Below, in pieces: positions 34,174-41,212 of a DNA stretch of 41,212 bases. The position numbers and the translations under genes were made by a program. The notes under the pieces are model-generated. The model was not told the DNA's origin and ran no database searches. It was given only the letters and a program-made list of their open reading frames with translations. The DNA is taken from NCBI GenBank assembly GCA_963588675.1, contig CAVAIH010000001.1, forward strand, positions 1 through 41,212. Reading direction: 5' to 3'. This DNA comes from Sphaerochaetaceae bacterium. GTDB taxonomy: Bacteria > Bacillota > Clostridia > Peptostreptococcales > Anaerovoracaceae. Positions within the stretch are counted from its first letter, which is position 1, and the number at the start of each line of letters is the position of its first letter.

Positions 34174-34227
34174 ATCTTCCTCCGGCATCTTATCTGTCTG
34201 AGTTTCCTATCAGGAATAGTTGCTAAT

Positions 34228-34256
34228 ATTATAAGGCTCCCATGTGCCAAAATCAA
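34228..34256 (-). promoter_or_regulatory. iclR promoter
   Basis: On the minus strand: TTGATT (34256-34251), a 17-nt spacer, then TATAAT (34233-34228). A GCGGAATTTAATTC box (34273-34286) lies just upstream. Confidence 0.5.
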
Positions 34257-34291
34257 ATTATAATTCTATTACGCGGAATTTAATTCTTTCG

Positions 34292-34408
34292 CGCGGCTTA
34301 TTTGCAGGTAACGCATGCGGAGATGTAGGCCTCAGCTCAATCAACGCGGTTCTCCTCATATTTATGCGTTTCATGGGACTTGACGGAGTCTTCTTGGGAG
34401 GATCTTGC
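34292..34408 (+). pseudogene. Remnant of a MATE efflux gene (N-terminal and C-terminal fragments fused, interior deleted)
   Basis: The ORF translation RGLFAGNACGDVGLSSINAV matches DGWFVGNACGDYGLSALNIA of the MATE protein at 10083-11366. The following FMGLDGVFLGG resembles that protein's C-terminal FLGVDGVWYAEAG. Only about 40 codons remain. Confidence 0.45.
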
Positions 34409-34410
34409 AA

Positions 34411-34436
34411 TAAAAAACAAGCCTCGAAAGGCTTGC
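34411..34436 (-). terminator. Terminator of the flavodoxin-like gene
   Basis: A stem of caagcc (34418-34423) pairing with ggcttg (34430-34435). On the minus strand it is followed by ttttttatt. Confidence 0.7.
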
Positions 34437-34461
34437 ATTGATTCGTATTCAGACTGCGGGC

Positions 34462-35085
34462 TTACAAGAACCACTCAGGTTCGCGCCTTTTGACGATGTG
34501 GACAACTTTTACTACAAGCGCTGATTTGCATGCAATGTCTAACGGAGCCGGCTTAACCTTAAGGCAATCAACCTCTGTTCCAATAAGCCTCTTCAGCTTG
34601 CTTGTGGTGAGAGCGCCGAAGGTCTTGAATTTCTCGAGGTCCTGCTCGTCAGGTCTTGTTTTTTCCAGCTTTGAAAAAACTCTGCCTCGTACAGGATGTG
34701 AGACGAAGGCGGCCGCGCTGATGACATTGAAGCCCTGTCCTTCAAGGAACGAATAGAGGTTGAAAAGGGTCTGTCCGTAACTTGCGCCCTTGTAATTTAT
34801 AACAGCAACCGCCATACTGCCCTTCGAGTGAAGGCGCTGTAGAAGTCTTGCGCAAGGGAGCGGAACCTTGTTCTTGATTACAGGAACACAGATGACAACA
34901 AGGCTATCGCAGTCGAAGTTGAGATCTCCCTTAGTGGCATGAAGTGGAATGTCAAAGCAAGCCCGATCAAGCTTCTCTGGTAGGAGCTTATCGAGCCTGT
35001 CTGCAATTTCTGTCACTATTCGCTCTGTTATTTCCGATGCACCATAATCGGCGCAGAAATATAATCCCTCTATCTTTCTAATCAT
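34462..35085 (-). CDS. Hypothetical protein, possibly flavodoxin-like fold
   Basis: A 207-aa ORF with an alternating beta-alpha pattern (LYFCADYGASEITERIV.., LVVICVPVI.., AVAVINYKG..). I recognised no confident family. It has no SD (see the leaderless-mRNA finding). Confidence 0.4.
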   Translation of the reverse strand: MIRKIEGLYFCADYGASEITERIVTEIADRLDKLLPEKLDRACFDIPLHATKGDLNFDCDSLVVICVPVIKNKVPLPCARLLQRLHSKGSMAVAVINYKGASYGQTLFNLYSFLEGQGFNVISAAAFVSHPVRGRVFSKLEKTRPDEQDLEKFKTFGALTTSKLKRLIGTEVDCLKVKPAPLDIACKSALVVKVVHIVKRREPEWFL

Positions 35086-35086
35086 G

Positions 35087-35120
35087 AAAAAATTGTAGCA
35101 CCTTTAGGCGCTACAATTTA
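35087..35120 (-). terminator. Hairpin plus U-tract after trpS; the same DNA contains TGCTACAAT 6 nt upstream of the next ATG
   Basis: A 9-bp stem (aattgtagc at 35091-35099 pairing with gctacaatt at 35110-35118). On the minus strand it is followed by tttttt and then the ATG at 35085. The extended -10 box is at 35100-35092. Confidence 0.5.
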
Positions 35121-35213
35121 GTCGGTTATGTGAATTTTTGCGGTCGCAGAATCTTCATATTCAGCGGTCGCCTCGCTGTCATACTTGCAAGCACCCGCCT
35201 CGAGCAGAGGCCC

Positions 35214-35262
35214 CTGCGACTTGTGACTTGTGACTTGCGACCTGCGGCTTGCGACTTGCCAT
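35214..35262. repeat. Heptamer tandem tract, 7 units of (c/t)tg(c/t)g(a/g)c
   Basis: The units are ctgcgac, ttgtgac, ttgtgac, ttgcgac, ctgcggc, ttgcgac and ttgccat. The tract abuts the trpS stop codon (35262-35264). Confidence 0.9.
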
Positions 35263-36338
35263 TATTTATATTGCTGATCCCATTTCTCGAAGTAATCTAT
35301 CTGCATCGCTTCCTTGACCTCGGCGAGTGTCTCGTTAGCCTTCTTGTTAGCGGCTTCTGTACCCTTGCGGAGAGTTTCGATTACTTCCTCAGGATGAGCC
35401 TCGAAATATGCTCTTCTCTCTCTAATTGGTGTGAGGAAGTCGTTCAGGACTTTAAACAAGAACTTCTTGCACTTAACATCTCCGAGTCCGCCCTTCTGAT
35501 AGTGAGCCTTCATCTCGTCGAGATTCTTGTACTCAGGCAGGTATTTCTCGAAGGCATCCTCTGGGCAGAAGGCATCAAGATAAATAAATACTGTATTGCC
35601 CTCGATCTTGCCAGGATCTTCGATTCTGAGGTGTCCTGGGTCTGTATACATGGACATTACCTTCTTCTTCAGCTCTTCTTCCGAGTCTGAAAGATAGATG
35701 GTATTTCCAAGCGACTTGGACATCTTTGCGCCACCATCGATTCCAGGAAGTCTCAAGCATGCCTTGTTCTTTGGCAGATAAATCTCAGGCTCGATGAGAA
35801 CATCCTTGCCGTATATATAGTTGAATCTGCGAACAATCTCTCTGCACTGCTCAAGCATTGGCTCCTGATCTTCTCCTACAGGAACAAGAGTTGCCTTGAA
35901 CGCTGTAATGTCTGAAGCTTGGCTGATTGGATAATTCAGGAAGCCCATAGGAACACTGTCTCCGAAGCCTCTGAGCTTGATTTCAGTCTTGATGGTTGGA
36001 TTTCTCTGAGCTCTTGCAACTGTTACAAGATTCATGTAGTACATAGTGAGCTCATGCAAAGCCCCCACCTGTGACTGAATGAACATATTTGTTTTCTCGG
36101 GATCGAGGCCTACCGACAGATAGTCGATGGCAACCTGCATTACGCTCTCTCTTACTTTCTCCGGATTGTCAAAATTGTCCGTAAGAGCCTGTGCGTCGGC
36201 AAGCATTACGTATACCTCGTCGAATTCGCCTCCGTTCTGAATTTCGAGACGTTGTCTCAGCGACCCTACATAGTGGCCAATGTGCAGTCTTCCGGTTGGC
36301 CTGTCGCCTGTCAGCATAATTTTCTTATTCTCTGCCAT
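35262..36338 (-). CDS. trpS: Tryptophan--tRNA ligase
   Basis: HIGH (RLHIGH) and KMSKS motifs are present. [16 protein letters not shown] and [13 protein letters not shown] match TrpRS blocks. It is 358 aa and resembles the Thermotoga-type TrpRS in layout, but lacks most of that protein's Fe-S cysteines. Confidence 0.82.
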   Translation of the reverse strand: MAENKKIMLTGDRPTGRLHIGHYVGSLRQRLEIQNGGEFDEVYVMLADAQALTDNFDNPEKVRESVMQVAIDYLSVGLDPEKTNMFIQSQVGALHELTMYYMNLVTVARAQRNPTIKTEIKLRGFGDSVPMGFLNYPISQASDITAFKATLVPVGEDQEPMLEQCREIVRRFNYIYGKDVLIEPEIYLPKNKACLRLPGIDGGAKMSKSLGNTIYLSDSEEELKKKVMSMYTDPGHLRIEDPGKIEGNTVFIYLDAFCPEDAFEKYLPEYKNLDEMKAHYQKGGLGDVKCKKFLFKVLNDFLTPIRERRAYFEAHPEEVIETLRKGTEAANKKANETLAEVKEAMQIDYFEKWDQQYK

Positions 36339-36340
36339 GT

Positions 36341-38260
36341 CTATCTTCCTTTCTTATATACATTTGATTCAGTTATAACCACGTCCATGCTTACATCATT
36401 TCCATAGACTGGTACATCCTCTGACATCAGTTTCTCGTAGCAAAGCGCGTATTTCGCAAAAGTCGTCTTCTCAAGGAACCGGTCGTAATATCCAGCGCCG
36501 TGTCCGAGTCTGTTGCGCTTAACATCACAGCTCACACAAGGGATGATCGCCAGATCAATTTCGCTCTTATCGACAGCTGTTGAGTCGTCCAAAGGCTCCT
36601 TGATTCCGTACTTGTTGAGCTTCAAATCCGACTCTCCAGTGATGAGCCTTGCCTCCATCAGATGCTCTTTGGTATTCGTGCAAAGAGGCACGCATACTCT
36701 CTTTCCCTGCTTGAAGCATTCCTGGACTATAAGGTCGGTGGATACTTCCCTGTCTGTTGAAAGATAGAGCATTAGCGTCTTGGCATTCTTAAATTCTTCC
36801 TGCTCAAAGAGAGCCTTGCGAATTTGAGCATCAGCCTTTGACATGTATTCACGGCTTAGCTTTTCTCTTCTTTCTTTAACATCCTCGCGGAGGAGCTTCT
36901 TTACATCTACTTTCTCGTCGCCTAGGCGGTCGATGATTTTGCGCCTTATGCGCTTAGTATACATTATCGACATTCCAACGCCCACGCCTTCTGCAATCGG
37001 AAAAGCCAACCAGACATAGTTAACATTTCCAAGCTGTCCGAGCAACCATGCAACCGGTGTGAGAACCAGAAGCTGTCTTGCGATTGAGATGTACATGCTG
37101 TAGATGCTTTTGCCGAGGGCCTGGAAAATCGCGCCTCTCATGATACAGAACGCCGCGAGTGGGAATACCAGCGATATCGTCCTAAGAGCAACCGTTCCAA
37201 CCGCAACCAGCTCGTCGGATGCGCTAAATATTGCAAGCAGTTGATGAGGGAATACCCAGAAAATCACTGTTCCAAGACCCATAATCAGAACCGCAATTCT
37301 GACGCTGACTCGCATTACTTCCTCGAGTCTATCCTTCTTGCGAGCGCCGAAGTTGTATGCGGCAATCGGAACAACGCCGTTGTTCATGCCGAAGATAGGC
37401 ATGAATACGAAGCTCTGTAGCTTGTAGTATACTCCGAAAGCGGCAACCGCTGTTGGCGTGAACTTAATCAGAATCTGGTTAAGCGTGAAGTTCATAACAG
37501 AGCCTATGGACTGCATTACTATTGAAGGAAGCGCAATGCCGTAAATCTCCTTCATAATCTTGAAGTCAGGCTTGAAACTGCTCCACTTAAGAGTGATTTC
37601 TTTATTGTATTTAATGTTGAAAATGAAGCCGAGAACCGCACCGCAAATCTGTCCGAAGATAGTCGCAATTGCAGCGCCCTTTACTCCCATGGCAGGAGCA
37701 CCGAAATATCCGAAGATGAGGATTGGGTCAGCAATAATGTTGATGATTGCGCCTGTGCTCTGCGAAAACAGGATGAATTTGGTCTTGCCCGTTGACTGCA
37801 GTAGTCTCTCAAAGGAGATCTGTATAATGGATCCGAAGGAGAGCCAGCATACTATGCTCAGGTAGTCAGTTGCATACTGAATGATAACAGGATCATCGGT
37901 CTGCATCCTGAAGAAAGGCTCAGCCAGGAATCCAAAGAGCACGAACAGCAGGTAATTTAAGCCCGCGAGGATAAGCCCGTTGTGCGCTACCTTGTTAACC
38001 TTGTCCATCATCCCCGCTCCAAGATATCTTGAAAGCAGGGCACTCATACCGACAGAGGTTCCTATGGCAAATGCAATAATCAGCATTTGCACAGGAAAAG
38101 CAAGCGTAACAGCTGTCAGGGCTTTCTCGTTAATCATCGCAACGAAAATGCTGTCGACAATGTTATAGAGTGCCTGCACCAGGTTAGATACCATAAGCGG
38201 TGCTGACATCGTAAGCAAGAGCTTCCCTATTGGTTCTGTCCCCATCTTATTTTCGGGCAT
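36341..38260 (-). CDS. Fusion protein: MATE efflux transporter (about residues 1-450) plus 5-formyltetrahydrofolate cyclo-ligase (about residues 455-639)
   Basis: The N-terminal 12-TM MATE part reads ..[15 protein letters not shown].. and ..[13 protein letters not shown].. The C-terminal domain has [11 protein letters not shown] and the pattern ..YLS.DREV.T..I.....G..V.VP.. It is a single uninterrupted 639-codon ORF. Confidence 0.75.
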   Translation of the reverse strand: MPENKMGTEPIGKLLLTMSAPLMVSNLVQALYNIVDSIFVAMINEKALTAVTLAFPVQMLIIAFAIGTSVGMSALLSRYLGAGMMDKVNKVAHNGLILAGLNYLLFVLFGFLAEPFFRMQTDDPVIIQYATDYLSIVCWLSFGSIIQISFERLLQSTGKTKFILFSQSTGAIINIIADPILIFGYFGAPAMGVKGAAIATIFGQICGAVLGFIFNIKYNKEITLKWSSFKPDFKIMKEIYGIALPSIVMQSIGSVMNFTLNQILIKFTPTAVAAFGVYYKLQSFVFMPIFGMNNGVVPIAAYNFGARKKDRLEEVMRVSVRIAVLIMGLGTVIFWVFPHQLLAIFSASDELVAVGTVALRTISLVFPLAAFCIMRGAIFQALGKSIYSMYISIARQLLVLTPVAWLLGQLGNVNYVWLAFPIAEGVGVGMSIMYTKRIRRKIIDRLGDEKVDVKKLLREDVKERREKLSREYMSKADAQIRKALFEQEEFKNAKTLMLYLSTDREVSTDLIVQECFKQGKRVCVPLCTNTKEHLMEARLITGESDLKLNKYGIKEPLDDSTAVDKSEIDLAIIPCVSCDVKRNRLGHGAGYYDRFLEKTTFAKYALCYEKLMSEDVPVYGNDVSMDVVITESNVYKKGR

Positions 38261-38263
38261 TAC

Positions 38264-38374
38264 TCTGAAATCTCCAATCTTTTTTCTAAATCTCGGACCT
38301 TACTGTGAAATCTTCGGTCCGTTCTTTAATCTTCTTTAATCTTCTTTAATCTCGGACCTTATTCTGAAATCTCC
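38264..38374. repeat. Composite direct-repeat block: ttctttaatc x3 (38321-38350) plus duplicated longer words
   Basis: aatctcggacctta(c/t)t(g/c)tgaaatct occurs at 38288-38311 and 38347-38370. ctgaaatctcca occurs at 38264 and 38363. The second copies lie inside the last codons and stop codon of the ATPase gene. Confidence 0.85.
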
Positions 38375-41094
38375 AGTCCTTTCTTCTTAGCGTATGCTCT
38401 CTGGCATGCCTTAACTATCTCAACCAATGGAATGATCAATATTGCAAGTGCCATTGCAATGAGGTATTCCTTGAAATCAATTACTGTAAATTCGAAGAGG
38501 TCGGCAAGGAAAGGAACCTCAATTACAAGCGTTGTGAGAAGGAATGCTGCTAATGCAGATCCCCACAGCCACTTGTTCTGCTTATCTAATGTAAAGATTG
38601 ATTTCCTTCTTGATCTCATATTGAACGAGTGGAAAATCTCACACATTGACATCGTCAGGAACGCCATTGTGATTCCGTCATCGCTCTGAGTGATGTGCCA
38701 CTCTCCAACCTCGATGAATTCGCCGATGAAGTATGCAGCGATAATAAGAAGTGTTGTCAGGGCTCCCTGATAAAGGATATCCTTATCCATTCCGCCCGCA
38801 AAAACTCCGTCCTTAGAGCTACGAGGCTTCTTCTGCATCGAATCCTTCTCGCCGTCTTCCATTCCGAGCGCAAGTGCTGGAAGCGAGTCTGTGATGAGGT
38901 TAATCCACAGCAGGTGTGCAGGCTTGAGAATTGTGAAGCCGAGTATTGTTGCTGTGAGAATTGAAAGCACCTCACTTATATTTGTTGCAAGCAGGAACTG
39001 AATTGTCTTACGAATATTCGCATATACTCTTCTGCCTTCTTCAACAGCGGAAACGATAGTCGCGAAGTTGTCGTCGGCAAGAATCATATCTGCTACATTC
39101 TTTGTAACGTCTGTTCCTGTAATTCCCATTCCGACACCGATGTCTGCGGACTTAATAGCAGGAGCGTCGTTAACGCCGTCACCTGTCATCGCCGTAACCA
39201 TCATGTTAGCTCTCCATGCTCTTACGATTCTTACCTTGTGCTCAGGCTGAACTCTTGCATATACGGAGTATGTCTTAACGAGTGTCAAAAGTTCCTCGTC
39301 GCTCATATCGTCGAGCTTAGCTCCGAGGATTGCTTCGTCAGCGGACTCGAGCATACCGAGGTCCTTAGCGATTGCAACTGCAGTATCGAGCTGGTCTCCT
39401 GTAATCATGACAGGTCTGATTCCTGCTTCTCTGCACTTCTTTACAGCGTCCTTAACCTCAGGTCTTATAGGGTCAATCATTCCTGTAAGTCCTACGAAGA
39501 TAAGATCATCTTCGAGAGCCTTGTCGCTGAAATCCGTAGGTGCCTTGTCATAGACTCTAAGCGAAAGTCCAAGCACACGAAGTGCTTTTCCAGCCATCTT
39601 AGCGTTCTCTTTCTTAACCTGCATTATGAGCTCGTCCGTAATAGGAACGATGCCTTCAGGTGTAAGAATCTTGGTGCAGTGTGATGCGATTACATCAGGT
39701 GCGCCTTTAGTGAATTGAACATATCTTGATGCTCCGATCAGCTTGCCGAGAATTGTATTCTCGTCGGAGATTGTATCGAGCTTAACGTTCTCATGTACGG
39801 TTGACATCATTTTACGGCCTGAGTCGAAAGGAGCCTCTCCTATACGAGGGAAGTCCTCTTTCAATAAAGGCTTGTCCATGCCAAGCGATGAAGAATAAGC
39901 TACAAGAGCTGCCTCTGTTGGCTCGCCGACTACGCTCTTCTCGCCGTTCTCGTTCTCTACAAGCTCTGCGTCTGAGCAAAGAGCCATGCCTGCAGCAAGA
40001 ACCTCTTCATCCTGACAGAAATGATCGACAACGGTCATCTTGTTCTGTGTAAGAGTTCCGGTCTTGTCTGAGCAGATAACCTGAGCGCATCCCAGTGTTT
40101 CGACAGCTGTCATCTTACGGATAACAGCGTTTTTCTTGGACATCTTGGTAACGCCCATCGAAAGAACGATTGTAACTACTGCCACAAGACCTTCCGGTAT
40201 AGCGGCAACAGCAAGAGAAATCGCAAGCATGAATGTGTTAATCATTACATCTGCATTGATTGTTCCTGCCTTGACAACGCCAAGGATGAAGATAGCTACG
40301 CAGATTACCAGGACAAGTCTGGTAAGAATCTTAGAAAGCTGTGCAAGCTTGAGCTGAAGAGGTGTCTGCTCGTTCTCTGCCTGTGAAAGCGCGTCTGCGA
40401 TCTTTCCCATTTCGGTTCTCATTCCGGTTCCTGTTATAACAGCAACGCCTCTGCCGTATACAACAGTGCTTCCCATGTAGACCATGTTCTTTCTGTCACC
40501 GAGAGGAACGTCTTTAGCCTCAGCTGAAATTTCGAGTACCTCAGCCTGCTTAGTTACAGGAACGGACTCACCTGTCAGCGCGGATTCTTCAATCTTCATG
40601 GAAGCCGCTTCGAGAAGTCTTCCGTCTGCAGGAACGCTGTCGCCTGCTTCGAGAATTACAACATCGCCAGGCACAACATGCGAGCTCTCGATGGTGACGA
40701 TTTTGCCATCGCGAAGAACTTTCGACTTGGCCGCCGTCATTTTCTTAAGGGCTTCAATAGCCTCCTCAGCCTTGCTCTCCTGAACTACTCCGAGAACAGA
40801 GTTGAGAACTACTACGAAGAGGATGATGAAAACGTCGGCAATTGACTCGCCCTCATATATCGATGTGACGAGCGAAAGTGCTGCCGCGCAGAGAAGGACG
40901 ATAATCATAGGGTCCTTCATCTGATCGAAAAAGCGCTTGATGTTGCTAACCTTTGGGGGCTCGACCAGCTTATTTGCGCCGAACTCCTCAAGTCGCTTGT
41001 CGGCCTCCTGTGAACTCAAGCCTTTCTCGCTTGTTTCATAGGCCTCGAGGACATCGTTTGCTTCCTCAAGATATGCCTTGTAATCTTTTTCCAT
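38359..41094 (-). CDS. P-type Ca2+-transporting ATPase (P2A/P2B type)
   Basis: CSDKTGTLTQNKM (phospho-Asp), TGDGVNDAPA, TGES and PEGL motifs are present. It is 911 aa with an SD AAGGAG. Confidence 0.88.
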   Translation of the reverse strand: MEKDYKAYLEEANDVLEAYETSEKGLSSQEADKRLEEFGANKLVEPPKVSNIKRFFDQMKDPMIIVLLCAAALSLVTSIYEGESIADVFIILFVVVLNSVLGVVQESKAEEAIEALKKMTAAKSKVLRDGKIVTIESSHVVPGDVVILEAGDSVPADGRLLEAASMKIEESALTGESVPVTKQAEVLEISAEAKDVPLGDRKNMVYMGSTVVYGRGVAVITGTGMRTEMGKIADALSQAENEQTPLQLKLAQLSKILTRLVLVICVAIFILGVVKAGTINADVMINTFMLAISLAVAAIPEGLVAVVTIVLSMGVTKMSKKNAVIRKMTAVETLGCAQVICSDKTGTLTQNKMTVVDHFCQDEEVLAAGMALCSDAELVENENGEKSVVGEPTEAALVAYSSSLGMDKPLLKEDFPRIGEAPFDSGRKMMSTVHENVKLDTISDENTILGKLIGASRYVQFTKGAPDVIASHCTKILTPEGIVPITDELIMQVKKENAKMAGKALRVLGLSLRVYDKAPTDFSDKALEDDLIFVGLTGMIDPIRPEVKDAVKKCREAGIRPVMITGDQLDTAVAIAKDLGMLESADEAILGAKLDDMSDEELLTLVKTYSVYARVQPEHKVRIVRAWRANMMVTAMTGDGVNDAPAIKSADIGVGMGITGTDVTKNVADMILADDNFATIVSAVEEGRRVYANIRKTIQFLLATNISEVLSILTATILGFTILKPAHLLWINLITDSLPALALGMEDGEKDSMQKKPRSSKDGVFAGGMDKDILYQGALTTLLIIAAYFIGEFIEVGEWHITQSDDGITMAFLTMSMCEIFHSFNMRSRRKSIFTLDKQNKWLWGSALAAFLLTTLVIEVPFLADLFEFTVIDFKEYLIAMALAILIIPLVEIVKACQRAYAKKKGLEISE

Positions 41095-41167
41095 GTGTTT
41101 TTTCTCCTTTATATATTTTGTATATATCGATAGAAAGCCGTTTGATTTGCCTTGTTATTAACAAGGT

Positions 41168-41196
41168 ATTATATCATTATATCGGCGTTTCTTCAA
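41168..41196 (-). promoter_or_regulatory. Promoter of the ATPase operon, with an adjacent palindrome at 41150-41166
   Basis: On the minus strand: TTGAAG (41196-41191), a 17-nt spacer, then TATAAT (41173-41168). A second TATAAT lies at 41181-41176. The dyad ccttgtt-att-aacaagg sits just downstream of the -10 box. Confidence 0.5.
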
Positions 41197-41212
41197 CGTC
41201 AGTCAAATGAAT

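Noticed and set aside
5431-38374. Possibility that the periodic tracts are CRISPR arrays
   Set aside because: The units are 7-25 bp and contiguous, with no unique 25-40-bp spacers. Arrays are 50-110 bp long. No cas genes are in the window.

Overview
This is a 41.2-kb chromosomal window. Gene content and signals suggest an anaerobic Firmicutes/Clostridia-type bacterium (inference): an Re-citrate-synthase/aconitase/IDH cluster, rpsF-ssb-rpsR, strong GGAGG Shine-Dalgarno (SD) sites, and TTGACA/TATAAT promoters. I support 37 protein genes, 33 of them on the minus strand. There is also one tRNA-Arg(CCT) and one MATE-transporter pseudogene remnant. I saw no rRNA, CRISPR array, transposase, integrase or phage genes. 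From left to right, the window contains the following blocks. (1) A GNAT acetyltransferase (partial, missed by the ORF track) next to a DUF2156 protein. (2) A DUF1858 redox protein. (3) A membrane protein, a GNAT-like protein and an NSS transporter. (4) ung, a lipoprotein, a PAP2 phosphatase and a CoA-transferase. (5) tRNA-Arg and alr. (6) A Zn-ribbon mini-protein. (7) A MATE efflux gene. (8) rpsF-ssb-rpsR. (9) An alanine/Na+ symporter with an ATP-grasp ligase. (10) Re-citrate synthase, aconitase and isocitrate dehydrogenase. (11) A MerR regulator divergent from a formamidase-family amidase and an APC permease. (12) An IclR regulator next to a 9-gene operon: aminotransferase, four-subunit 2-oxoacid:ferredoxin oxidoreductase, ADP-forming acyl-CoA synthetase, NhaC and MFS. 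(13) A flavodoxin-like protein. (14) A P-type Ca-ATPase, a MATE::5-formyl-THF cyclo-ligase fusion and trpS. The most unusual observations are listed here. (a) Many spacers immediately 3' of stop codons are built from locus-specific short-period degenerate tandem 'stutter' tracts with periods of 7, 10, 12 and 25 bp. These tracts often start inside the stop-codon word of the upstream gene. (b) The 9-gene operon looks like an archaeal-style amino-acid oxidation module that conserves ATP. It has palindromic candidate IclR operators. (c) A MATE efflux pump is fused in frame to 5-formyl-THF cyclo-ligase and is co-transcribed with trpS. (d) An AGCS symporter is translationally coupled to a PF14397-like ATP-grasp ligase. 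(e) Three genes lack an SD but have a TGnTAYAAT or TATAAT box 6-9 nt upstream of the ATG, so they are candidate leaderless mRNAs. (f) Several housekeeping-type enzymes carry in-frame tandem repeats or low-complexity insertions. All family assignments come from reading motifs by eye. No database search was run.
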